The notes beneath the pieces are model-generated. The model was not told the DNA's origin and made no database searches. It saw only the letters and a program-made list of their open reading frames with translations. From positions 158,162,001 through 158,226,000 of the forward strand of contig OZ024740.1 of NCBI GenBank assembly GCA_964016885.1: DNA of 64,000 nt. Direction: 5' to 3'. Below, piece by piece: positions 43,463 to 55,130 of the stretch. Position numbers and translations under genes: made by a program. Numbering within the stretch: position 1 is the stretch's first letter; the number at the start of each line of letters is the position of its first letter. This DNA is from Eledone cirrhosa (Eukaryota).

Positions 43463-43501
43463 TGAACCTGAAGATTGCGAAAACATGAAAGTACTTGTTC
43501 A
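43463..43501 (+). ncRNA. Minimal type I hammerhead ribozyme
   Basis: TGAAC-CTGAAGA-TTGCGAAAACAT-GAAAG-TA-CTT-GTTCA; palindromic stem III AAGTACTT, very short stem II. Confidence 0.78.
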
Positions 43502-43613
43502 ATTAACACTTAACATTTAATATTCTACCATACTATTTCATTATAATACCATTATAAATTTTAAAGGATTGTAAATAAAACGAGTAAATCAGACAAAGTT
43601 GGAATTCCTCTTA

Positions 43614-43688
<75 letters not shown>

Positions 43689-43776
43689 GGGAACATAGGG
43701 AAAGGAGGGGGAGAGACAAAGAGAGCGTGTATGTGTATGTGCATGTGTATATATGTATATATATATATATATATAC

Positions 43777-43929
43777 CAATAATATTAATAAATGGAAACT
43801 ATCTTTATAAAACCATATTTATTTTATTATATATATTTCAAGGGTACCAACATTTTTGGTATCCTTGAAATATATATAATAAAATAAATATGGTTTTATA
43901 AAGATAGTTTCCATTTATTAATATTATTG
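43777..43929. repeat. Fold-back palindrome centred on the HHR stem II loop, with ~75-nt tail
   Basis: Right arm matches the 3' half of the HHR element at 10128-10200; centre at 43853. Confidence 0.9.
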
Positions 43930-44004
43930 ATATTATACTCCAAAAGAAAACTGTAGAGTGCTTCGAATCTGTTATAAATAACCAACAAATTAAATAACTC
44001 TTTG

Positions 44005-44056
<52 letters not shown>

Positions 44057-44551
44057 AGAGATCTGCGTGTTCTTTATTGTTCTCCATTCTGTAGAGGAAG
44101 AGAGAGAGAGAGAGGGGCGTATGAGTGAGAGAGAAAGAGAAAAAGAAAGAGAAAGAGAGAGAGAGGGTATGAGAAAAAGGGAGAGGGGTTGAGAAAGAAA
44201 GAAAGTTTAAGCAAAGAATCGCTGCTTTCAACATTAACGGGATCTTCTTAAACTAAAAAATTCAATCTGTGAGGGCAGAATTAAATATTTCGAGAAACAT
44301 TGCAACCGAAGGAAAACAGGAAGATGATATTTTGGTTTGTGAAGATGTTCCTTGGTAATGAACGTAAAAAAGCGAGGATAATACATCGTTATGTGGATCG
44401 TGAAGAACAATTTCATGCAAAGACGATATGTTTATGGTATAAATGGAGTCGTTAGACTAATATTCTATTTAAAATAACCGAATGATTTCCAGCCTCGGAG
44501 TTTAAGAATGATGTAAATAAAATTGAAAACGAAAATGACAGAGGTTATTAA

Positions 44552-44672
44552 AATAGTTGTTTCTACTTTTGGCATAAGGCCAGCAATAACCTCAGTACAT
44601 TACTGGTACTTTATTTTATCAACTACGTAAGGATGAAAGGCCCCTTTAACCTCGACGGGATTTTAACTTTGC
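44552..44672 (-). mobile_element. Truncated SINE
   Basis: Central domain and tail on the minus strand. Confidence 0.75.
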
Positions 44673-44699
44673 CTTAAAATAGTAAAAGTAAATAGTGAA

Positions 44700-46787
44700 G
44701 ATTTAGGCCAGTACATACGTATGCGCCGACGGACATACACATACATATACATACGCACACACAAATACATACACACACACAAATACATACACACACACAA
44801 ACACACACACACACGCGCGCGTTTCTACAGTATTTTCACCAAACTTAAGACATAGTTTACATATGTACTCCGGATGGTCATGGGCACTTTCATTTTTACA
44901 GATATTGATTATAGGGCCTCCTGGCAGATAACCCCCTTTAACCACTTCCTTGGAGTCGACTGAAGCACTACAGTGCAATGCAACAAAACGTTATAACTTC
45001 TGGAGTTCGCAATCGATTTTCTCAAAACTTGACACATGGGCTACGTTTGTTCTACAGATGAATGTGAAAAGAACTTAACAATGTAACTTTAACACAGCTA
45101 CTGAGCAGCCCCGAGCAACGCCGGGCTTTACTGCTATAGGCGATAAAGTTGTGCAGACAGACAGTCGTGCAGAGAGGTGATATAGGCGATAAAGTTGTGC
45201 AGACAGACAGTCGGGCTGATAGACGATGTAAGCTTGCAGACAGACAGTTATGCAGAGAGGTGATATACGCGATAAAGTTGTGCAGACAGACAGTCGTGCA
45301 GAGAGGTGTTATCTATATATATAAAACTGTGGTTGTCTGTCTGTCTTTTTTTGGCACACATCTCCTCTTAGAATCTCTGACGGAATTGCACCGAAATTGC
45401 TATACTTGTACATTGAGCCCTAGCGAAGACATCGGAAAAAAAATATTTCAAATTGACCCACCCTATGTGACGAAATCGAATATAATGTATCGATTTTTGA
45501 GCGTAAGTTATCAGTTATTTCCCTTTGTTCTGTTTACATTGAGCGTCTTACGTAAAAAATTACGCTGGCTTTCTCAGCGTTTAAAATGACATTAACACAA
45601 TACACGAACAGTTGTCGAGCCAGCAAAATATTGACCTGCAAAATTCATCAGTTCGAACACTAAGCTTCCGTTTTGCTTCATTTCCATTTAAAAGCATTTT
45701 AAAATAATATTTTTACTTGAAAACAAGTCTATTTAAAGACTACGTAAAACAAGCAAATATTTCGTCGTTAGGCGTGCAGACAGACAGTCGTGCAGACAGA
45801 CAGTCGTGCAGAGAGGTGATATACGCGTGCAGACAGACAGTCGTGCAGAGAGGTGATATAGGCGTGCAGACAGACAGTCGTGCAGAGAGGTGATATAGGC
45901 GTGCAGACAGACAGTCGTGCAGAGAGGTGATATAGGCGTGCAGACAGACATAACTGATAATTTGGTTACGCTAATGTTTTTCTCTGCGTTGCAGTGTTTA
46001 CATTTTCGATCTTTATTAATAAATAACCAGTGCAGTTTCTATCCCCAGCATCCTCTTTTGTTATAACATTCGGGTTATCGTTATGTTTTCTTAACTTCAT
46101 AAGGCATATTGTTGGTTGAGGGAATATTAATCAAAAACACCACATGCAAGTCTGCACAGTAGACACTACAGTTTTTAAGCCAAGAAAGAAACTTAACATT
46201 GTAACTTTAACACAGCTACTGAGCGACCCCGAGCAACGCCGGGCTTTACTGCTAGTAGGCGATAAAGTTGAGCAGACAAACAGTCGTGCAGAGAGGTGAT
46301 ATAGGCGATAAAGTTGTGCAGACAGACAGTCGGGCTGATAGATGATGGAGGCATGCAGACAGACAGTCATGCAGAGAAGTGATATAGGCGATACAATTGT
46401 GCAGACAGACAGTCGTGCAGAGAGGTGATAGGTGATGAAATTGCATTTTTTTTTTTTTTTTTCATGTCCATCCAATTTCTTTGTTTCAAAATAACTGATA
46501 TTTTGGTTACGCTGATGTTTTTTTTCTGAGACAAGTGTTGCAGTGTTTACATTTTCGATTTTTGTTAATAGATTACCAGTGCAGTTTTTATCCCCAGCAT
46601 CCTCTTTTGTTTTAACATTCGAGTTATGGTTATGTTTTCTTAACTTCATAAGGCATACTGTTGGTTGATGGAATATTAATCAAAAGTACCACATGAAAGT
46701 CTACACTGTAGACTCTAGAGTATTTAACCCAAGAAAGGAACTTAACATTGTAAATTTGCCCCGAGCAACGCCGGGCTTTACTGCTAG
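44700..46787 (+). mobile_element. Non-autonomous Helitron cluster with internal minisatellite
   Basis: Three 3' ends CCCGAGCAACGCCGGG...CTA(G) at ~45110, ~46228 and ~46760; 5' start TCTATATATATAAAA at 45312; 38-46-bp repeat GCAGACAGACAGTCGTGCAGAGAGGTGATATAGGCG. Confidence 0.75.
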
Positions 46788-47071
46788 ATATATATAAATA
46801 TATATATAAAGTTAAGAAAGTGTGGCACCATGAATAAAACGATCTAGTATATGTGGCCTGTTTATATTTATCGTAGGTGTGGTTATAAACTATAACCACA
46901 TACACTTGGTCGTTGTATTCATGGTGGCACACTTTCTTAACTTTGTGTTTTCTCTGGACGACAATGTATTAACTTTTCGCGCCATTGAATGCTTTGTGAC
47001 TGCCTCAGACAATTCTATTGGTATCTGCTTTAATGCTGTTACAACTTCGATTGATACCTTTTATTATTATT

Positions 47072-47803
47072 AGTGGATTGGCAGTATCGGTAGAGAGTCG
47101 GACGCCATGCTTTACAGCATAGTTACGTCCCTTTACGGTCTGAGTTCAAATCCCGCCGAGGTTTACTTTGCCTTTCATCCTTACGGGGTCGATCAAATAA
47201 ATACCAGTAATGCACTGGGTAATTGCTGGCCTTGTGCCTAAAGTAGAAACAATTATTATTATAGGGCGGTGGATTGGCAGTATCGGTAGAGGGCCGGACG
47301 CCATGCTTTGCAGCATAGAGTTACGGCTCTTTATGATCTGAGCTCAAATCCCGCCGAGGTTAACTGTGCCTGTCATCCTTACGGGGTCGATAAAATAAAG
47401 TACCAGTCACGCACTGGGGTCGATTTAATCGACTTTCTCCTCCCCAAAAATTGCTGGCCTTGTGCCTATATAAGAAACAATTATTATTATTATAGGGCGA
47501 GGTTAACTTTGCCTTTCCTCCTTACGGGGTCGATAAAATAAAGTACCAGTAATACACTGAATAATTCCTGGCCTTGTGCCAAAAGTAGAAACAATTATTA
47601 ATATTAGTCGGTCACCATGCTTCGAGGCAAGGAGTTACGGCCCTTTGCGTTCTGAGTTCAAATACCGCCGAGCTTGGCTTTGCCTTTCATCGTTACGGGG
47701 TCGCTAAAATAAAGTACCGGTAACGCACTGGGGTCAATTTATTTGACTTTCCCTTCCCCCAAATTGCTGGCCTTGTGCCTAAATCAGAAACCATTATTAT
47801 TAT
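47072..47803 (+). mobile_element. Head-to-tail array of four SINE copies
   Basis: Copies start at ~47072, 47263, 47495 (truncated) and 47607, separated by (ATT)n. Confidence 0.9.
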
Positions 47804-48399
47804 TCTCCTATTTTCATGTAATTAATTAATAACGTATTTGTTATTTTTGTTAATAAACGATAGTTGAGAGCATTTTGTTTAGGCTGTGAAAATCTCTTTG
47901 TTCACACTTTGAAATTACCCGCTAAAGTTCGTCCAAATGACCTTCTTCTTTTGAGAGAAGGCCCGTGATGACGCAGGAGAATTTACTACTGCGGTAGAAC
48001 ACTCCCCTGTTTCGACAGAACTACGACGGATTATGTTGAACGAAAACCTGCTGATGAAAGGATCTCCAGTTCCACCGCTAAACAATAGTTAGATGCACTA
48101 ACGACATGTATATAATTGTGCAGCTCGGGTTGCACGCTGTGATGTCCTAAAAACCTATAGAAGATTTTTATTGATTTCTATCGATTCTTAGCTATTCGAG
48201 ATGGTCAAGGTTAGTTTCCTACTTGCTTGTATTTATCGAAGTTGTGGTTATGCTCCTTTTATTCATGGCGTCACGTTTTTTTTTACCTTTGTGATTACTC
48301 TGGACGAAAGTTCATTATTAACTTTTCGAACTATTGAATGCTTTGTGACTGCCTCACACAATTCGAGTGCTACATGCGCTACTGCGAATACAACTTCAA

Positions 48400-48588
48400 T
48401 TGGCAGTATCGGTAGAGCGTCGGACACCATGCTTTGCAGCATAGAGTTAGGCCCCTTTCCGTTCTGAGTTCAAATCCCACCGAGGTTAGCTTTGCCATAC
48501 ATCCTTACGGGGTATATAAAATAAAGTACCAGTAATGCACTTGGATAATTGCTGGCCTTGTGCCAAAAGTAGAAACAATTATTATTAT
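48400..48588 (+). mobile_element. tRNA-derived SINE
   Basis: Near-full copy with (ATT)n tail. Confidence 0.9.
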
Positions 48589-48589
48589 C

Positions 48590-48713
48590 ATATATCTTCA
48601 TTATTAAATTAGTCTTGCCATTGTGCACTTTTACTCGAGCTTATTGTAAACCCTCACTGTCCGTGTCTCTGTATTGTCCCCTATATGTCGGCCCTTGTGG
48701 CCAATAAATGAAA

Positions 48714-48716
<3 letters not shown>
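48590..48716 (+). mobile_element. 3'-terminal fragment of a Tx1-type LINE
   Basis: TGTATTGTCC...CCCTTGTGGCCAATAAATGAAATC-(ATT)n, similar to 54489-54555. Confidence 0.7.
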
Positions 48717-48757
<41 letters not shown>

Positions 48758-48966
48758 GGCGACCTATGTAGGAAATCGTATTATCGTGAGCTCCGCAAAG
48801 GTTTGTTATTTCCGTTTGTTTAAAAATTGCCATTTATGGAAAATTTTATTGTAAACTGTTTATAAGCACACATACATTGTTTTCCGAAAAGGACACCCAA
48901 AAAGATTGGGGCCTTGTGCCCAAAATTTTAACTTTTATTATTATCCAAAAATTTCTTTGAAAAAAA

Positions 48967-50946
48967 ATGGCTAATTCCCCTCTGCACGAAGCAGCTGAAA
49001 GCCTTCCTCACAAAATAACACCTCACACCGACACCACCATTGTAAATGTTACTACGTTTGCCAACACAAAAAAAAATATAAGCAGTAGCAATATTTTAAA
49101 TTTGTCTCAGGCAGACATTCATTTCCCGCCATTACCAATGACTGCAGGTGTTAAACCCTCCACCACCACCACCACCACCGTGACAACAACCACCACCGCG
49201 ACAACAGAAACAAAAGAAGAAAAAAATAAATTAACTCGTGACGTCGAAATGAAATCAAGCAAAATGGACTCTTCCCCACCAAAGACGACTGACGTCACCA
49301 CCACCATAACTGAAAATAAAATTAATATTAACGATAGCAACAACAACAACAATGACATTATAAAACCGACCCTCAGTTTCGCCATCGTAGCAAAACAATT
49401 CGAAGCGTTCACGGTAACTCAAGAAGATTTAGAAAATGCCAAACAAATGGTAAAGAAAGATGGGTACAGGGTCAGCCTCACCCCCCCACCTAATAAAATG
49501 GAGCATCGGCGCCTGTGCACCGTGTCGTATAGAACAATAAATGTAAAATCGCGCCGAGTGGAACGGGCATCCGAGTCCCAAATCCAAAAAGCTTTGGGAC
49601 ATGTGTGGGCAAGAAAAACCCACATCAGAGGTGGGCAAAAGTATGGAACCGTGGATGTGTTCTTTGAAACACCAGAGGAGGCTAGAGAACACTCCATGGC
49701 CCCATTAAAAAGTGACGACCTCACACTCGTCCCAAGCTATTGTGGCCAGAGACTCGTAAAGATCAGGGTGACCCACGTTCCACCGGCCATCGAAATTCCC
49801 TGGCTAATAGCGGCTGTCATCGCCGGCATCGAGGCCAACACGAAAATAATAACAATAGCAAAAGAAAAGCAGGAAAACTGGTCCGGATCTGGGATGGAGC
49901 TCCTGATCCAAGCGGACCAAAAAAGCATTGAGGAGATCCCAGAGGTAATAGACCTCACTGACGGCAGCCACCTCACGGTAATTGTCGAGGGCAGAAGACC
50001 TAGGTGTGTCGTTTGTGGTGAAGGAACCCACCTAAGGGCTTTCTGCCCTCAGGCTAAAAGGTTGAGGCCACCTCTCCTACCCACCCCAGTGACACAACCA
50101 TCAACACCACCAGTAGCAGAGATGCCAGCAACAACTGTAGCAGCAACAACAGAAGCAACTATAACAGCAACAACCCCAGCAACAGTAGCAAAACTAACAC
50201 CACTACCACCACCAGCAAAACCAACACCACCACCACCCAACGCTTCAGAACTAGCACCAGCGCCTACACCATCCACCACACCACAACCAAAACTAACGGC
50301 TGTGGAGGATTTTCCACTCCCCGGCCTATCACAACTGGAGACAGATTGTGACGACGAGGAGTGGGAAACGATATCCGGAAAAAAAAAAAGAAACCAAAAA
50401 AGAAAAAATTCTCTTCCTTCCCCCTCCAAAAACAAAATACAGAGGGAAACAAATAAACTAAGAAACAAAAAAGTTAGGACAGATATGCCACCATCCACAC
50501 CAGCATCACCAACCCCATCAACCCAAACACCAACACCATCACCATCATTAACTCCAACACCACCATCACCTACACCACAAAAGTCACCAAAATGCGAAAC
50601 AGAAACAAACCCACAACAAACGCAAACAAAACAAAACAACCAAAACGATACACACTACACAGCATTAAATTTGAACAACAAGCAATTATTGCACTACATC
50701 CAACACAACACCAGCATCACAGAAAAAGACTACACAACAACCCCAAAATTCACACCACCTCCACACATACAAATCACTCGCATCACACAGAAAACGTACA
50801 TGACACTAAAACAAAAATTCCCCAAAGACATCGGAGACTTCCGACAAGCACTCTCCAGGAGGATTTATAAGGACATCCTTCCTGAGGAGGCCACAAGCAG
50901 TGAAAAGGATGTAAAAACCGTCCTTCCCCTACGAGAAGTAAGGTAA
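48967..50946 (+). CDS. Tx1-type ORF1 nucleic-acid-binding protein (CCHC knuckle, Pro/Thr-rich tail)
   Basis: 659-aa open frame; CVVCGEGTHLRAFC; homologous to the other ORF1 pieces in the window. Confidence 0.88.
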   Translation: MANSPLHEAAESLPHKITPHTDTTIVNVTTFANTKKNISSSNILNLSQADIHFPPLPMTAGVKPSTTTTTTVTTTTTATTETKEEKNKLTRDVEMKSSKMDSSPPKTTDVTTTITENKININDSNNNNNDIIKPTLSFAIVAKQFEAFTVTQEDLENAKQMVKKDGYRVSLTPPPNKMEHRRLCTVSYRTINVKSRRVERASESQIQKALGHVWARKTHIRGGQKYGTVDVFFETPEEAREHSMAPLKSDDLTLVPSYCGQRLVKIRVTHVPPAIEIPWLIAAVIAGIEANTKIITIAKEKQENWSGSGMELLIQADQKSIEEIPEVIDLTDGSHLTVIVEGRRPRCVVCGEGTHLRAFCPQAKRLRPPLLPTPVTQPSTPPVAEMPATTVAATTEATITATTPATVAKLTPLPPPAKPTPPPPNASELAPAPTPSTTPQPKLTAVEDFPLPGLSQLETDCDDEEWETISGKKKRNQKRKNSLPSPSKNKIQRETNKLRNKKVRTDMPPSTPASPTPSTQTPTPSPSLTPTPPSPTPQKSPKCETETNPQQTQTKQNNQNDTHYTALNLNNKQLLHYIQHNTSITEKDYTTTPKFTPPPHIQITRITQKTYMTLKQKFPKDIGDFRQALSRRIYKDILPEEATSSEKDVKTVLPLREVR

Positions 50947-50980
50947 GTGGTCTTTCCCATCTTTTCCACTCCTTTTCAAC

Positions 50981-53900
50981 ATGACCTCACTCAGAATAGG
51001 CAGCATAAATGCGCGTGGCTTGGGGTCGTCATGGAAGCAGGGCCACCTGCTCAACGACCTCAGGTCACTAAACATAGATGTAGTGGCCATCAGCGAGACC
51101 AGAATCTCCGAAGCACAGGCTTTCGCACCGATCTTCGGCGGCTACGATGTGTACGCATCTCCCAGCCGTCCGGGATCGGGGGGAGGAGTTGCTGTGCTTT
51201 TTCGGAGAGGTTTGGATCTTGCCATACGGGCCATCTTCCTGGACCCAGAAGGTAAGTTGGTGGTGCTGGACGTGACCAGCGGAGACGGGCAAGCTTTCAG
51301 GTTAGTGGCCGTCTATGCCCCGACAGGAGCAGGGCGGCCTGATTTCTTCCGGCGTCTGGAGACCTTTCTTGGAACGTCCCGCTCTTTAGTGTTAGTGGGC
51401 GACTGGAACGGGATCTTAGATGCACGCTGGGATTGTGTGGGATTAGTGGATAGGGAAGGAGGGTGCAAGAGTCTCACCAACCTGCTCAGACGTTTTGAAC
51501 TGTCTGACAGGTACCGAATGGATTTCCCGAATGTACCAATGTGGACTTGGACAAATCGCATAGGGTCATCCAGATCATATCTAGATAGAGTATTTTGTAA
51601 GGAAATAGATAGGTCTAGCATAGGCTGTCCACAATTCAAGATAGTAGGCTACATGGACCACAAATTCGTGATCTGTGTGCTTGACTTAGATAGGCTTCAT
51701 AGACGAGGACCCGGCTACTGGAAGTTAAACGCGTCCTTACCAGCGCGCAAGGCCTACAGAGACCGGATTAGCGAACTAGTTAAGCGGGCGTTGACGGGGG
51801 CCATCGTCAACAACAAGTGGTGGTTTGCTCTGAAAAGAGCAATTAGAATAGAGTCCATTAGGTTTAGTAAGACTTTAGCAATAGAGAAAAATAGAGCAGA
51901 GGGAGAATTAGTTAGAAAATTAGATGAGGCGCTTAGCAAAGGCATCGCGACCGACGTACTTGCGGCGAAATTGGCCCTTGACCAATTCTTCAATGCAAAG
52001 CACGAAGGCTGCGTTGTCAGAGCTAGGGTGCGTGCTCTCAGACACGAGGGGACGAAAGCCGTTCAATGGGCCCGAGTGGCGGAGGCGCGTCGTGGCAACA
52101 AAGCCACGATCCGGTCTTTGGTGGACCACGACGGGCGCATGCTACTCGATCCCGGGCAAATGTGTGAAGCTTTTCAGCGACACTTCGCTCAACTGTTCGG
52201 GGGCAGTGGCGGGCCGGGTAGAGGGATGGACTTTAGTGTCTACCTCGACGGACTGCCGCGGCTTTCGGCCACTGAGGCGGAGTGTTGCTAAAAGCCGATA
52301 ACAACCGCTGAAGTACGGGATGCAATGACTAGTTGCACAAGGGGTAAATCGCCTGGTTTGGATGGTCTGCCCTATGAACTTTACGTACAAATGCCAAACT
52401 TGTTCGGAGGCCTCTTGGCGGACGTCTACTGCAACTGGCAACAGAACGGGAGAATTCCCAGCTCTGTGAGCCGAGGAGCGGTGGCGCTGCTGAGAAAGGA
52501 TCCTAACAAGGGGGATAACATAGATAATTTTAGGCTAAACACAGAGTTCAAGATTTTGGCCAAGGTGCTAGCAAAGAGGTTGGCGCTTGTCGTTGGTGGT
52601 CTGGTGGGAGAGGCACAGACATGCGCCATTCCCGACAGATCCATCCACGACAACCTCCACCTCATGCGATACATCGTAGAGAGGGTAGCTAGGGAACCTG
52701 GCACGGGTGGGTCTTTGATCAATTTAGATCAGTCGAAAGCCTTCGATAGGGTCGACCATCGTTACCTAGCGGCAGTCCTGAGGGCGGCTGGCTTTGGGCC
52801 CGTCTTCAGAGGCTGGATCGCTGCCATGCACAGCGACATCTGCTCTGTAGTGAGAGTGAACGGTCACCTTTCGGAACCGTTCAACATCATGCGCTCGGTC
52901 CGCCAAGGATGTCCCCTCTCGTCCCTATTGTACGTATTGACTCTCGAGCCATTACTGCACAAACTGGAGACGTTGAGGGGGGTCCCGCGCGAACTAGGAT
53001 GCGGAAGATCCGTGTCAGCATATGCCGACGATGTCACCGTAGTGGTGTCGAACGCCAAACACATCGAGGCGATCGGCACTACACTAAGAGAATACGAAGC
53101 GGTGACAGGAGCAATGATCAACCAGGAAAAGTCAGTGGGCCTGCAGCTCGGCACCTGGAGAGGCAGGTCCATGCCGTCCAACAGCGTCGTCGGGCGCTGG
53201 ACGGACGGACCGGTTAAATTGCTAGGGGTCTGGTTCGGTCCAGACCTCCAGACGGACAAAAACTGGGACGAGGTGACGAGCAGGGTGGCTTCTCTCACCC
53301 AGAAATGGGCCGAGAGGAAGCTATCCCTGAAAGGTCGAGCGGAGGTGGCGAATGCGTACATCGCATCCGTCATCTACTACCGCCTGACCGTCGTACCTTG
53401 TCCTAAGCCCCGCCTGACTGCGCTGGAGCGTTTGCTCTTTCGCTTCTTGTGGAAGGGACGCGCTCCGATGGTCAGGCAGTCCATCTGCTGTCAACACCCG
53501 CTACGTGGAGGGCTGGGGATGCCGTGGCAAGACACGTTTTTCCCCAGCTCGTCTCCTTGACGGAGCTGCAGTCCTGGGTCAATCGAAGACCGAGAGGGAG
53601 CGCTTGGAGACTGGAATGTCTTCAGGCGCTCACAGCCCTCGACCAATCGGGCAATGTGATCGGTGGAAACTCCACCTTGGCGTTCTATAGGGGATTAGTG
53701 GAGGGGAAGAGCGACGACGTACTTGGAGAAACTCTAGGCGTCGACGAAAATCAACTAGCCAATCTCTTCGGAAGGACTTTCGGGCCGGGGCCTATGGACA
53801 ACTTCCAGAAATCCCTGGCCTGGCAGTGCTACCGAGGAGCTTTGCCAGTTCGGGATAAACTCTACAGGCATGGAGGTGCCGTCAGCCGGACATGTCCGAG

Positions 53901-54309
53901 ATGCGCGCAGGGCGACGAAACCGTCCTGCACGCACTCGTCCAGTGTCCGAGCATTGCTGACTTGTGGGTTTATGTCGAACACCTGCTGTCACGTGTAGGA
54001 CGGATCCAGCTATCAGCTGAGTCCATCGTGAGGATTTCCCCGCCCCCTTCCTTTAGCCTGGAAGGGCAGGCAGTTTTTATCTGTCTGGTGGCCATGGCGA
54101 AAGAGATAGTATGGTGGACACGTTTGAAAGGGCTGAAGACGAGCACTTACCTCTTCGGTGATGCCCTGATTAACTTTTTCAAATTTCATTTGAAAAGGAA
54201 AATCAGGGTAGAGAGGGAAGTGCTCTCTTCCCAGCATTTTGTTGAAAGATGGGTGAGAGAAGCAAGTATGGCCCGAATGATTGGGCCTTCTCTGAGTATG
54301 TGTCTGTAA
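50981..54309 (+). pseudogene. Tx1-type ORF2 (APE, RT, C-terminal CCHC), disrupted
   Basis: NARGL, GDWN, SYLDR, LDQSKAFDRV, RQGCPLS, YADD, CPRC..ETVLH...C; stop at 52289, small deletion near 52533, deletion/frameshift near 53528. Confidence 0.93.
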
Positions 54310-54551
54310 ATTAAAGGTGGAAAACTGGGAGAGGGCACTTGCCCTGGTGGTCAGGGCCACTGTGGTCTTTTAATGGGCTTTCTCCACAAATGTCCCTTGG
54401 AAGTCTCCCCCCTATTGGGGAATTTTTCTTTGTTATTTTATTTCAACCTCTGTTTTTTTACACGCAGAAATGCCCATTTGTACCGTCCTGTATTGTCCTG
54501 TACTGTCCTTAATGTCTACTTTATGTGAACCCTTGTGGTTAATAAAGAAAA

Positions 54552-54603
<52 letters not shown>

Positions 54604-55112
54604 GTTCTTTGAGTCTCAGTCATTGATGTTATTTAACTGGAACGTTTGTTGAAATGAATATCAAGCCGCTGCCTGCAGCCTCAGATATTCAGGACGTATC
54701 GGAGGGTTCTTGCTGTTGCCAGCAAGCATGCCATTTGAAGTGTTCCAAAAAGCGGGGCTGGACTAATCTTTAACCATCCTTGGAACCTCCTTGAGATAGT
54801 ACCTAGTGCGCCTATGACAATCGGGATGACCTTGATTTCATGGCAGCTTCAAATCCTTTTAAACTCCCACTGTAAATCCTGGTATCGGTTAATTTTCTCC
54901 CTCTCCTTTTCTTGCTCTCTCGTGTCAAATGGGCAGGCTACATCTAAAATCAGGCACGATCTTTTTTCCTTATCCAAAACCACCAGGTCCAAAACCACCA
55001 TTGTGTTCTAATTTTTTGTCCGTCTGTATCCTAAAATCCCATAGCACATTCACCTGATCGTTTTCTATCACCGACTCTGGCTTATGCTCATACCACTTCT
55101 CAGAATGTGGTA
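54604..55112 (-). mobile_element. 3' fragment of an R4/Dong-type RLE LINE between (TAA)n tracts
   Basis: KWYEHKPESVIEND..LWDFRIQTD...LDVACP...K..RYQDL...PIVIGALG. Confidence 0.85.
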
Positions 55113-55130
55113 AATTATTATTATTATTAT

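Larger units (their letters stand above)
43231..43621. repeat. Perfect 391-bp palindrome (1-nt spacer) with a hammerhead in each arm
   Basis: Centre at 43426; 195-bp arms; ~30-nt tail on the left; (TA)n/(GA)n flanks. Confidence 0.92.
48758..54552 (+). mobile_element. Near-full-length L1/Tx1-type LINE flanked by (ATT)n
   Basis: 5' UTR, open ORF1, ORF2 with few lesions, AATAAA; (ATT)n at 48716-48757 and 54553-54603. Confidence 0.95.

Noticed and set aside
45136-46436. 38-46-bp repeats as a CRISPR array
   Set aside because: Tandem units with no unique spacers, eukaryotic context, no cas genes
49119-50639. Antisense ORFs over Tx1 ORF1 (also 58743-59329)
   Set aside because: By-product of the A/C-rich low-complexity sense strand, which lacks antisense stops
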